A DNA stretch of 64,000 nt, taken from the IMG/VR virus record IMGVR_UViG_3300021960_000018; one strand, written 5' to 3'. Positions 27,291 to 36,007 of the stretch are shown here, in pieces. Numbering within the stretch: the first letter of the stretch is position 1; each line of letters opens with the position of its first letter. The translations under genes and the position numbers were made by a program. Origin of the DNA: a virus. A model generated the notes under the pieces. That model ran no database searches. It was not told where the DNA came from and was given only the letters and a program-made list of their open reading frames with translations.

Positions 27291-28183
27291 TATTGTGGAT
27301 CTCCAAATGGATTGCTTTCTGAGAAGTCTAGGAAGCCAACCAATGTATCAAAGTACTCGTTTTGCTCGGTGACTGTTGATGAAGCTTTAATCAATCCTTC
27401 TTCCTCTACTAGTGTAACAGTACCAGTCGCCGAAGAACTGACGCCTGTAATAGTACGACCAGTAGCAAATTCAGAATATCCACCGCTATCTGCTCCAACG
27501 TGAATAAGTCCAAGTTTATTATCAGAATCACTCCATCTTGAAACCTCTCCCGACATTGTAATACCGGAAGAAAGAACCATATTAGCAATTTCGCCTAGTT
27601 CAAATGTACCAACCTGACCGCTGTCATTTAATGTAAGCATGTACGTGTACGCGTACTCGCGCTCGATTGCATCAATAGCTTCAACGCCAGTATCAAAGTC
27701 TTGATCATTGTATTGGAAGAGTTCACAACGTAATTGATAAGTTGGAAGATTTCTTAATTGGTAAAATGGCTGTTCATGCTCGACGTGCATGATCTGGAAG
27801 ATCTTTCTCGAGAAAGGAATATAAAGTAAATCTCCTTCAGCTGGGCGAGGAGCATTAATATCATTATCATAACGTTGAATAGTTTGTTGCCAACGTTTTC
27901 TAGCAACAATAAACGTAGCAGCATCCCGGATTTCAATACCGAATCGAGTGAATAGATCACCTTCTCCGTCGAATCCAGCAACGTTATCTACATACATTTC
28001 AATCTTATAAGAAGAATTAAATCTAGAAGGAACGTCGTGTCCTAGGATCTTATCTTCATTTACAATATCGCGAGGAAGATAGTAGACGTCTTGTCCATAC
28101 ATTTTTAGACTCTCTATGACTATATCTTCATAGAGATTCTGTTCGGATCTAACATCGTATTTAAAGTATGGATTAGTTGCCAT
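27290..28183 (-). CDS. gp14: Neck protein gp14
   Basis: YGQDVYYLPR, RPAEGDL, PFYQL, DFSESNPFG. Confidence 0.95.
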   Translation of the reverse strand: MATNPYFKYDVRSEQNLYEDIVIESLKMYGQDVYYLPRDIVNEDKILGHDVPSRFNSSYKIEMYVDNVAGFDGEGDLFTRFGIEIRDAATFIVARKRWQQTIQRYDNDINAPRPAEGDLLYIPFSRKIFQIMHVEHEQPFYQLRNLPTYQLRCELFQYNDQDFDTGVEAIDAIEREYAYTYMLTLNDSGQVGTFELGEIANMVLSSGITMSGEVSRWSDSDNKLGLIHVGADSGGYSEFATGRTITGVSSSATGTVTLVEEEGLIKASSTVTEQNEYFDTLVGFLDFSESNPFGDPQ

Positions 28184-28188
28184 TCGTT

Positions 28189-28932
28189 TTATCCCACGAA
28201 AAAGTCTATGGGTAATTCAAATGTAAGTCTAAGCTCTTCTTCTAGCTTTTCAATTTCTTGAATGGCATCTTCGAAAATAATTCGACCATTTAAAGTAACA
28301 CCACCTGGAAGTTGAACCCCGTCGAATTTCATAAGGTTCGTTCCCCACTGTCTTTTAATTAAAGCAGTAGTATACTTCTTAAGCCACATATCATCCCAAA
28401 TACCAGTATCTGTAATGATTGTATAAGCTTCTACTACGATCCAGCTTCCTACGGCCAAATCAGTACCAAGGTCATCGCCAAAGATATAAATCTTATTCTG
28501 TCTTCTAGCAAATTCAATTAGCGGCATACCATTAAGGGTAGTATCCAATAATGAAAGATACTGCTGCATTTGTTCGTAATATGCAAGATCACCGGCATAA
28601 GTGGACATAAAGGCCATATCATTTAACATCATCTGATATTTGATGTCAAACATACCTCTACCAGATGCGAAAGATTCTGATACAGAAAAGATCTGTTTTA
28701 CCGCAGTAATATTAGATGAGACCGAAATATAACCATTATCGATATCATCCTGAGTTACCTGATGTTTCAGAAAATATCTTCGAGTTGCATCCATATGGAA
28801 CTCACGATATTTATCAAGAGCTTCATCGATGCGATCTTCGATCTGATCGGGGTCTACGTTAATATCAATGACAGGATCGCCAAGTTTCCTTAGTGCGTAG
28901 TCTGATAATTGACCTCTGGTTGTAACTGCCAT
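28189..28932 (-). CDS. gp13: Neck protein gp13
   Basis: LRKLG.PVI.INV, KRQWGTNL.KF.GVQLPGGVTLNG. Confidence 0.95.
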   Translation of the reverse strand: MAVTTRGQLSDYALRKLGDPVIDINVDPDQIEDRIDEALDKYREFHMDATRRYFLKHQVTQDDIDNGYISVSSNITAVKQIFSVSESFASGRGMFDIKYQMMLNDMAFMSTYAGDLAYYEQMQQYLSLLDTTLNGMPLIEFARRQNKIYIFGDDLGTDLAVGSWIVVEAYTIITDTGIWDDMWLKKYTTALIKRQWGTNLMKFDGVQLPGGVTLNGRIIFEDAIQEIEKLEEELRLTFELPIDFFVG

Positions 28933-28959
28933 AGTAGAAATCCTATTACGTTTTAGTAC

Positions 28960-28967
28960 TATTTATA
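28960..28967 (-). promoter_or_regulatory. T4 late promoter TATAAATA
   Basis: Exact consensus upstream of gp13. Confidence 0.8.
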
Positions 28968-28976
28968 TAATTTTTA

Positions 28977-29522
28977 TTATCTAAAACAGGGGCCTTCTAT
29001 CCATGCGACAAGAGATTTTCTTACTCCTTTTGTTACTGGAGTAACCCTATGACGAATAAATGAAGGAAATACTAGAACAGTTCCTTTCATTTTAAGATGT
29101 TCAGGATCCGGTTGTTCATACTGAGGATCAAGTTCAAAGCATCCGCCTTCGTATTCGCTAGGATCTGACAATTGAACTGTTACTGAAAGCTTTCTGTCAT
29201 AATTAGAATTGCTATCCCAAAAAGTATCAATGTGCCAATCATAATGACCTTGTTTTTCTTCGGTATATGTTGTAAATTGAATATCGGCTAGATAAGAAAT
29301 ATCAAATCCAAAGGCGGCTCTATTCGCTTGGTGTGCATATTCTAAAAGTCTATTTTTAATCCCCTGATCGCCTACCCACCGAATATCACTTCTTCTATAA
29401 TCCGCTTTAACTCCTTTTTCAGAAATACCAGCTTCGACCAATGGATATTGTTCACAGATACCTACAATTTCATCGACAATAGCGGCATCGCCGCCTGGCC
29501 ACATTCTCCAAATTTGATTCAT
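28977..29522 (-). CDS. 2OG-Fe(II) oxygenase (prolyl-hydroxylase-like)
   Basis: HYDWHID, RKLS, FPSFIRHRVTPVTKGVRKSLVAW. Confidence 0.93.
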   Translation of the reverse strand: MNQIWRMWPGGDAAIVDEIVGICEQYPLVEAGISEKGVKADYRRSDIRWVGDQGIKNRLLEYAHQANRAAFGFDISYLADIQFTTYTEEKQGHYDWHIDTFWDSNSNYDRKLSVTVQLSDPSEYEGGCFELDPQYEQPDPEHLKMKGTVLVFPSFIRHRVTPVTKGVRKSLVAWIEGPCFR

Positions 29523-29914
29523 GATTTATCTTTCTGCCTTTGCAATTTTGCTTGTCTAGTTTTAACTGGATTACGTTTAATCCAATTAGCATTATCTTCT
29601 AGTTCCGGGTTATGAATACCATCACCAGTAGCTCTTCTATGTTGCGGCTCAGTTAATTCGGACTTACCACCTGCGGGGGTAGGATCTGGGGTTTCAAGAT
29701 CCGGTGTATTCGGGGTAGGTTGATTCATAGCAATCCATTCTTCTTCAGTATAGGGGTTAACCTGTTCAGAATAATGGAATCCATAATACATTCTTTCATA
29801 CGCACTATCAGCCATAAGGTGCCGATGTTCATCGACCACCCTTTTTCTTTTTTCTTCATCTATATCTTTAAGTATGTCAGAAAATATTCTAACAGCTTCC
29901 AGCGTGACTTCCAT
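29519..29914 (-). CDS. Hypothetical protein
   Basis: 131 aa, tightly packed in operon; disordered Pro/Thr tail. Confidence 0.65.
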   Translation of the reverse strand: MEVTLEAVRIFSDILKDIDEEKRKRVVDEHRHLMADSAYERMYYGFHYSEQVNPYTEEEWIAMNQPTPNTPDLETPDPTPAGGKSELTEPQHRRATGDGIHNPELEDNANWIKRNPVKTRQAKLQRQKDKS

Positions 29915-29915
29915 T

Positions 29916-30386
29916 TTAGATTCCTAGCAGTTTATCCAAATCTTTTACTGCATCGACAAATTCCCCACCAGTACCTTCAAGAAATTCTTTATATTTTAAA
30001 GCTTCTTCGTTCAATAATCCCTGTTGATTTACATGAGGATGTGGGGGATCGTTACAAATAGTTTGGTTAGGATTACGACCATCTGTCATCATCCCCTGAG
30101 ATTGCCAATTTTGCATTTGCTGATGTGCATCTGCTGGATTATTAATAGTTAAAAAATCTACACCAGCTTTCGGAACTTGTGCAACTGGTCCAAAATGTCT
30201 CATCAAATCAACCGCAGATTCAATATGTTTAAGAATCATAAAGCCGGCGATAGCTGCTTTGTTATTCTGGTGTCTACTCAATTCTCCAAATTTTTGAATA
30301 GTATCACTAATTAGTTCTACTACTTCAAGCGGAAGAACTTGATTTTCAAAATCTTCATCTTCCAAATTTTCATTTTCTTCAGCCAT
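29916..30386 (-). CDS. Hypothetical protein
   Basis: 156 aa, tightly packed in operon. Confidence 0.65.
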   Translation of the reverse strand: MAEENENLEDEDFENQVLPLEVVELISDTIQKFGELSRHQNNKAAIAGFMILKHIESAVDLMRHFGPVAQVPKAGVDFLTINNPADAHQQMQNWQSQGMMTDGRNPNQTICNDPPHPHVNQQGLLNEEALKYKEFLEGTGGEFVDAVKDLDKLLGI

Positions 30387-31275
30387 TCAAGACTTCCCCT
30401 TCTTTAATAAAATGGTCAAATGGTAACATATTTTCATCATTTCCCAATGTAGCAAAAGTTTCAGCAGCGTAATAAGTTTTTCTAGAATGATTACCCGTAC
30501 AACCATCACAAGTATCACAGAAAAATGAACATATAGGATGTTCTAATTTACCGGTATTCCACAGTTCTCTTAATTTATCTGCTTGTGCCTTTACTACTTC
30601 TTTTTGTTCTTCATCTAAATATTCTACGATTGATGTAATAACCCTTTTTGGATTAAACGCCTTTTGAATACGTAAAATATCTGGAGCAAAATAATGATAA
30701 TTATGCTGCTGAATAGTATAACGAATTCTAAAGTTAATAGGTAAACCTGCTAATAATTTACAAGCTTCAATCACATCAGTAGAAGATTCTTTTCCACTTC
30801 TATATATTCTATCTTTATTACCTACGCCGTCGTATGAAATATCCCAAGAGGATCTTTGATTAATCTCTGGATGGGCGGCAATATAATTTTTAAATTCCTC
30901 GAAAAATTTAGGTTTGGTCCAACGAATTCCATTTGACACTACATTAAAATGAACATTAGATTTCTTTCTAGTAGCATATTCCATAGACCAGCATAAATTT
31001 TCCCATTCAAGAGTTACTTCACCACCAAACATAACAAATAAAGTTTGGGATTCCATTGGTTCATTATCAATAGCTTTATCAATAGCAGCCTTTAGTTTGG
31101 CCCGGGTCATAATCTGTTTAGGCTGACCTTCTAATACCTCATAACAATATGTGCATGCAAGATTACATTGATTCGTAAAATATAAAACGTTTACTGCAGT
31201 ATCAGGAACTTCTTTATCATTTTTATGTTTATTATCGTAATAAATTTCATCCTGAATTTTCGGGGCGTTTGACAC
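30379..31275 (-). CDS. Radical SAM enzyme with short Cys-rich C-terminus
   Basis: CNLACTYC, FGGE, ISYDG; C-terminal CSFFCDTCDGC. Confidence 0.9.
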   Translation of the reverse strand: MSNAPKIQDEIYYDNKHKNDKEVPDTAVNVLYFTNQCNLACTYCYEVLEGQPKQIMTRAKLKAAIDKAIDNEPMESQTLFVMFGGEVTLEWENLCWSMEYATRKKSNVHFNVVSNGIRWTKPKFFEEFKNYIAAHPEINQRSSWDISYDGVGNKDRIYRSGKESSTDVIEACKLLAGLPINFRIRYTIQQHNYHYFAPDILRIQKAFNPKRVITSIVEYLDEEQKEVVKAQADKLRELWNTGKLEHPICSFFCDTCDGCTGNHSRKTYYAAETFATLGNDENMLPFDHFIKEGEVLNG

Positions 31276-31552
31276 CTTTTAAAGCCTCCGACATATTTGT
31301 TACAAATTCAGTGAAATCAATTTGATAATCATATAGATGGTTTTGAATTACTTCTTCATCTTTAATATACGTAATATCGACTCGAGCTAATTTTTTGGAT
31401 GCCACTCGATTTTGTAAATCTTGAGCCAGTTTTTCAGCAGACATAATCTTACTAGCATCATCCTCTGATATGCTATTTATCAGCTGCTTTGTACTCTGTA
31501 CAAGATCGATAACTTCTTTCTTAAGAATTGGTACAGGTAGATCAGGTCTCAT
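31247..31552 (-). CDS. Hypothetical protein between radical SAM genes
   Basis: 101 aa, overlaps both neighbours. Confidence 0.6.
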   Translation of the reverse strand: MRPDLPVPILKKEVIDLVQSTKQLINSISEDDASKIMSAEKLAQDLQNRVASKKLARVDITYIKDEEVIQNHLYDYQIDFTEFVTNMSEALKGVKRPENSG

Positions 31553-32634
31553 CCCATGCTCCTCATTAGATTTCTAACATAACCCTGGAATGCAGGTTCA
31601 TATTTACATTCTCTTAATAATCTCATTGCTTGTTCATTAATCATATGAAATAACTCGCATACAGAATCGACTGGCGCATTGTTATTATTAATCTGTGAAT
31701 AGGTACAACCCATATTACAAACTTGACGAAGGCGACATGTATCGCACTTTTTATGGTTTAAGTTTGATAATGCATTTTGCCAATATTCATAATCGTACGT
31801 AGCACCATCCATTGGCATAAGCTTTTTAGATGCGAAGCGAGCACATGGATAAAATTTTCCCTCTGGTACTAGAACCGCACCGGAATAACCTGCAAAGCAA
31901 CCGAATGGTCTTTTACCTTTTGCAAGACCGATAGTCATATCCTGTAATGCAAGAGATAAGAATCCAACCGAAACGTTTCTTCCATCTTTAAAATATTGGA
32001 TGGTTCTATCGGTTAATTTAATTAGTTCCTGATAGAATGTTCTAAGATGATCTTCTCTCCAAACATTATCACGAACAATACAGAAATCTGGATTCCATAC
32101 ACCCCAATCAACCAAGAATTCTAAATTCTCGGTCATTGTTCCCGCATTACCGGGATAGATCATAACTTTACAACCGGATCTACCATGCTTAAGAACAAGA
32201 TCTTTTTTGGCTTCATAGATCTCCATAATATCGTTAAACCCTTCATTCGCTTTATGGTTACGAATTAAAGGTCTTGACTCATTTGATCCAATGCCGTCAA
32301 AGCTCCAAGAGATTGAGATTTCATTATCTTCAATAAATTGGCTTTTATACTCATCGATCATAGTCATATTAGTAATAATAACTAGATGTTTACATTTAGG
32401 ATCACTTTTAAAATATTTAGTAGCATGCTCAATTAATTCCCAATTAAGCATGGGTTCTCCACCAAAGAATGATACTGCATATTCATCATTATTACTTCTA
32501 CGGATTAATTCCTGTAATTCATCTACGGAATTATCAAAAGTCTCTTTAGTAAGAAATGTCGGTTTATTCACAACATAGCAATAAGGACAAGCAAGGTTAC
32601 ATTGTTCCGTTGTAGATAATTCTAATGTAAACAT
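31549..32634 (-). CDS. Radical SAM/SPASM peptide maturase-like enzyme
   Basis: CNLACPYC, FFGGEP, SFDG; SPASM CFAG...YPC...CDTC..VCNMGC...C. Confidence 0.93.
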   Translation of the reverse strand: MFTLELSTTEQCNLACPYCYVVNKPTFLTKETFDNSVDELQELIRRSNNDEYAVSFFGGEPMLNWELIEHATKYFKSDPKCKHLVIITNMTMIDEYKSQFIEDNEISISWSFDGIGSNESRPLIRNHKANEGFNDIMEIYEAKKDLVLKHGRSGCKVMIYPGNAGTMTENLEFLVDWGVWNPDFCIVRDNVWREDHLRTFYQELIKLTDRTIQYFKDGRNVSVGFLSLALQDMTIGLAKGKRPFGCFAGYSGAVLVPEGKFYPCARFASKKLMPMDGATYDYEYWQNALSNLNHKKCDTCRLRQVCNMGCTYSQINNNNAPVDSVCELFHMINEQAMRLLRECKYEPAFQGYVRNLMRSMG

Positions 32635-33921
32635 TTATTCCCCCGGAATCACAAATTCTTTTTTAGCACTAATGCTAGATTTAACTTCTGCAGGAATCAT
32701 TACGTGTTTTTTATTCGGAGAAGATTTCTGAACAGTACGTTCTTGAATATATCTAGGATCAGTTGCTTCTACTTCTACAAACTGATAAGTTGTTTGCGGA
32801 ATGGCCATCGGTTGTCCAGTAGGTCTTGCTGCCATCACCGCATTAATAATAGGCGTAGCGGTTTTAAATACTGAACACATGCCGGTATTAGCTGGGTTAT
32901 CCTGCCAAGCTGTACCATATCCTTTTTCTTTTTTAGCAGATTTCTCATAAGAAGAAGCTGGGCATTTTAGACAGAATGGGCTTGAGCAACTATTGCACCA
33001 GACCTCTGTATTTTTATTAAAGTCATCCAGATAGCTTTTATATTTTGCGGACATATCTTTAATGACTTCATTTAGATCTTCTTTCATTACATTTCCTAAA
33101 GCGTGATCGCTTTGGTTCCTGTACATACACCCGTGACAGGGATAACTCTGACCATCAAGATCAATAGAGATAACGTCGATACCTGCAGAACAGTTTGCTC
33201 TCGATTGTCTAAACCAACCGAAAGTAGTAAGTCGCATATTATTATCTAAAATGTGCCGCCCGATTTTAAGTAAGGAAACTTTTAAATCACTTAACCACTC
33301 TGCGCGATCTTCTTTCGACGCAGTAGAGTGAACGTCCGGTGTAGGCATATAATCTTCGCCAACTGATTGAAAGTCGAGGAAGGCTTCATACATATATTTA
33401 AAATTATGCCCTGATAAGGTTGGCTTAAGAGAAGCGCTGATCCCATTATCTTTTAACCATAAGAAATAATCTTTTACATTCGCAGAATATTTAGTAGAAA
33501 CACCGCCTGTAGTCAAACGCTCTTTACTATTAATTGGCTCACCGTCATAAGAAATCTGGATATGAAGCCTTGGCTGACGAGTTCTTTTAGGATGTTTCAT
33601 AAACTCATCGCGAAGCCATAGCAACTCTTTTTGGTATTTCTTAATATAAACCCCGTTTGTATAGAACATAAATGTTACTCTACGGTCATCCATAAGACCC
33701 TTCATAACATCCATACAAAGTTTCATATTCATCATGGGTTCACCGCCCCAGAAGTAAATGTTAATGTCATTATCATCTACTCCGCTGATCTTTTCGATAA
33801 GATCCCCAGCGCTTAATTCAGTATGTTGCTGAAAAGCAGAAGATAAACCGCAGGCGTCGCCTTCAGAACAATAGGTACACTTTAAGTTACATTTACTTGT
33901 TGTGTTGATTTCTATATGCAA
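32635..33921 (-). CDS. Radical SAM/SPASM peptide maturase-like enzyme
   Basis: CNLKCTYC, FWGGEP, ISYDG; SPASM CSAG...YPCHGC...CNSC...CLKC...C. Confidence 0.93.
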   Translation of the reverse strand: MHIEINTTSKCNLKCTYCSEGDACGLSSAFQQHTELSAGDLIEKISGVDDNDINIYFWGGEPMMNMKLCMDVMKGLMDDRRVTFMFYTNGVYIKKYQKELLWLRDEFMKHPKRTRQPRLHIQISYDGEPINSKERLTTGGVSTKYSANVKDYFLWLKDNGISASLKPTLSGHNFKYMYEAFLDFQSVGEDYMPTPDVHSTASKEDRAEWLSDLKVSLLKIGRHILDNNMRLTTFGWFRQSRANCSAGIDVISIDLDGQSYPCHGCMYRNQSDHALGNVMKEDLNEVIKDMSAKYKSYLDDFNKNTEVWCNSCSSPFCLKCPASSYEKSAKKEKGYGTAWQDNPANTGMCSVFKTATPIINAVMAARPTGQPMAIPQTTYQFVEVEATDPRYIQERTVQKSSPNKKHVMIPAEVKSSISAKKEFVIPGE

Positions 33922-34216
33922 GTTTAATCTCCTCTAACTCACGTTTTAAACTTAGAACTTCTTGTCTAAGTTCTTGATTGGCTTTTAATGTTAATACCGC
34001 CAATCCTCGATGATCGACTCTTTTAGTACCATCACTATCTATCCATATTAAAAGAGGATCTACATTTTCTAATTCATGTGCTAGTACACCGATTTCTTCG
34101 TGTCTCGGTCTAAAAGGCGAATCTATTTTATAACTATATTTGTAAATTCCAACAGTAGATAATCTATCCGCCCATTCCATATTTTTCAAACTCTCTTGTT
34201 TTCCATTCAATTCCAT
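33893..34216 (-). CDS. Stand-alone peptidase S74/intramolecular chaperone domain lacking its N-terminal SD-x-x-x-K motif
   Basis: YKYSYK...IGVLAHELE..P.L...DG.KRVD...L..L.LKA.QEL + coiled coil. Confidence 0.75.
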   Translation of the reverse strand: MELNGKQESLKNMEWADRLSTVGIYKYSYKIDSPFRPRHEEIGVLAHELENVDPLLIWIDSDGTKRVDHRGLAVLTLKANQELRQEVLSLKRELEEIKLAYRNQHNK

Positions 34217-34550
34217 TATCAGTTAGAAATTGTTCAACTTCGCTTCGAGTGACCCCGTCATATTTTAAAGTATAGGTATAACTTCTATTTTTCCACATAC
34301 AACATTCAGCAGCATAATTAAAAGTACCGGGCATAGGCTTTCGAGTAGTATTTTCTTTTTTACTCATTATAATAAGAAAGTTATTTGTAACGATCTTTGC
34401 TCCATACTTATTCCATTCTGAAATATCTGGTAATGGTGTTTCTGGATCTACTTCTATTACCATCCCAGGTTTTAAAAAGCCTCTAACTTCTGTAAGAGCT
34501 AATTGATTAATACCCTTATCCGAAACTAATGTCATTATAGATCCCCCCAA
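34164..34550 (-). CDS. Hypothetical protein
   Basis: 128 aa in operon, no motif recognised. Confidence 0.6.
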   Translation of the reverse strand: MGGSIMTLVSDKGINQLALTEVRGFLKPGMVIEVDPETPLPDISEWNKYGAKIVTNNFLIIMSKKENTTRKPMPGTFNYAAECCMWKNRSYTYTLKYDGVTRSEVEQFLTDNGIEWKTREFEKYGMGG

Positions 34551-35095
34551 AATTCATCCCATGAGGCTTTATCATCTGGACCGTGGGGTCTACAGTATTT
34601 ACCATTAATTAATTCGCCTTCTCCTTTGAAATTGGGATAGATGTTTGCAACTAAATGAGGAGGAAAATCATAATCTTCGATTCTAATAATGCCCCACATA
34701 GAGCTCGGGAACATTTCCCCACCTAAATAAATCGCAGGATATGTCGTATGTCTACCAATGTGATCAGGATCGGTACGATTATATAAAGGCATGTCACCAA
34801 TTTTTAGACTGGATGGATCAGCGCCTTCGATAAAATCAAATCCGAAAGCATTAAAATCTTCTAATAGTAATGCCATGTTCGATGCACCGGCAATAGCATA
34901 ATGTTCAACATATTTGTTATCTAATAAATCTTGCCAAGCATTATTTTCAGGATATATTCTTACTAAAAGTTCAGCTAAAAAATATACGGGCATACCCACG
35001 GGCGATCCCGCTACTTCCATTCTCAGTGCTCTATCTAAAGATTTTTTCCAGCATTCTAAAATAATAGAAGCCTTTTCCTGTTTCGTCCAGCTCAT
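34535..35095 (-). CDS. Hypothetical protein, weak NlpC/P60-like pattern
   Basis: LKIGD...H...AIYLG pattern, no recognisable catalytic Cys motif. Confidence 0.5.
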   Translation of the reverse strand: MSWTKQEKASIILECWKKSLDRALRMEVAGSPVGMPVYFLAELLVRIYPENNAWQDLLDNKYVEHYAIAGASNMALLLEDFNAFGFDFIEGADPSSLKIGDMPLYNRTDPDHIGRHTTYPAIYLGGEMFPSSMWGIIRIEDYDFPPHLVANIYPNFKGEGELINGKYCRPHGPDDKASWDEFWGDL

Positions 35096-35463
35096 TTATT
35101 CTTTTCACTCCATATCCAAAGAATGCTATAAAGATCGCTAAGAGGATTATATAATTGCCGGGATCTTCCACCTGCAGTATTTTTAGAAGTATCTGGTTTA
35201 TTCTTAATAGTTGTCATAAATTCCGAAAGAACCCGGGAAACATTGTCAGCTCCAAACCTTTCTGTTAACGGACCTTCAATATATTGAACCCCACTTTTAT
35301 AAAATGCTGGGGTATCAAATTCCACTCCGTCTACTTCCTGCCCACAGATATTATCGTTAGTTAAATATCCCCACATCATAAACAATAATAAATCATCACT
35401 ATTAGAAACTTCTGAAAAATTTCTTTTAAAAAAATCACTATTTTCAATATGTTTTACTAACAT
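35092..35463 (-). CDS. Hypothetical protein
   Basis: 123 aa, ATGA overlap with next gene. Confidence 0.6.
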   Translation of the reverse strand: MLVKHIENSDFFKRNFSEVSNSDDLLLFMMWGYLTNDNICGQEVDGVEFDTPAFYKSGVQYIEGPLTERFGADNVSRVLSEFMTTIKNKPDTSKNTAGGRSRQLYNPLSDLYSILWIWSEKNK

Positions 35464-35470
35464 CTTTCAC

Positions 35471-36004
35471 TTAGTTCCTTCCATCTAGTCCTTTAATATT
35501 TTCTTTGACAACAGGATCAGAGCAGCACTTGTTGCAGTTACAGGTACAGAAGTTACAATTGCACGTGCAGAAGTTACAGTTACAAGTGCAGAAGTTACAG
35601 TTACAAGTGCAGAAGTTACAATTGCATGTACAAAAATTACAGTTACAAGTACAGAAGTTACAGTTACAAGTGCAGAAGTTACAGTTACATAGACATGCTG
35701 CTGACCAAGTATTCAATTGAGTAGTTAACTGATTAAATTCAGTAGCTTGAATTACTGCCGATGCTGTAGAATAGGGGAAAGTACCAATTCTAGCTGTCAA
35801 ATCTGCTGCAAGATTATTTAAACGAGCAGCAGTAATTGCATTTCCTGCAGAAGCAGCAGGCCAGTTAGTACTTGTAGTAGAAGCACCTCTACGTGTTAAT
35901 TCATTGATAGCTTGATCCCGAATATTATTCCAATCAACGGCATCAATAAGAGTGCCGGCAGCAACTGTTGAATATTGGTTATTAGCAGGACAGGGCGATC
36001 CCAT
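35471..36004 (-). CDS. Cys-rich repeat protein: fibre-like N-terminus plus (CNCNFCT)x7; putative radical SAM substrate
   Basis: Seven exact CNCNFCT heptads, then CNCNKCC-SDPVVKENIK; 27 Cys in 177 aa. Confidence 0.85.
   Translation of the reverse strand: MGSPCPANNQYSTVAAGTLIDAVDWNNIRDQAINELTRRGASTTSTNWPAASAGNAITAARLNNLAADLTARIGTFPYSTASAVIQATEFNQLTTQLNTWSAACLCNCNFCTCNCNFCTCNCNFCTCNCNFCTCNCNFCTCNCNFCTCNCNFCTCNCNKCCSDPVVKENIKGLDGRN
35522..35689. repeat. Coding tandem repeat, 8 x 21 nt
   Basis: The seven full units differ only at synonymous positions of the minus-strand frame; the eighth encodes CNCNKCC. Confidence 0.95.
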
Positions 36005-36007
36005 GGT

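Noticed and set aside
35522-35689. CRISPR array or non-coding VNTR
   Set aside because: There are no spacers, and variation is confined to synonymous positions of a coding frame.
35505-35720. Plus-strand QKLQLQV repeat ORF
   Set aside because: Antisense shadow of the Cys-repeat gene; its unit variation is non-synonymous (Q/H) and it opposes the operon.
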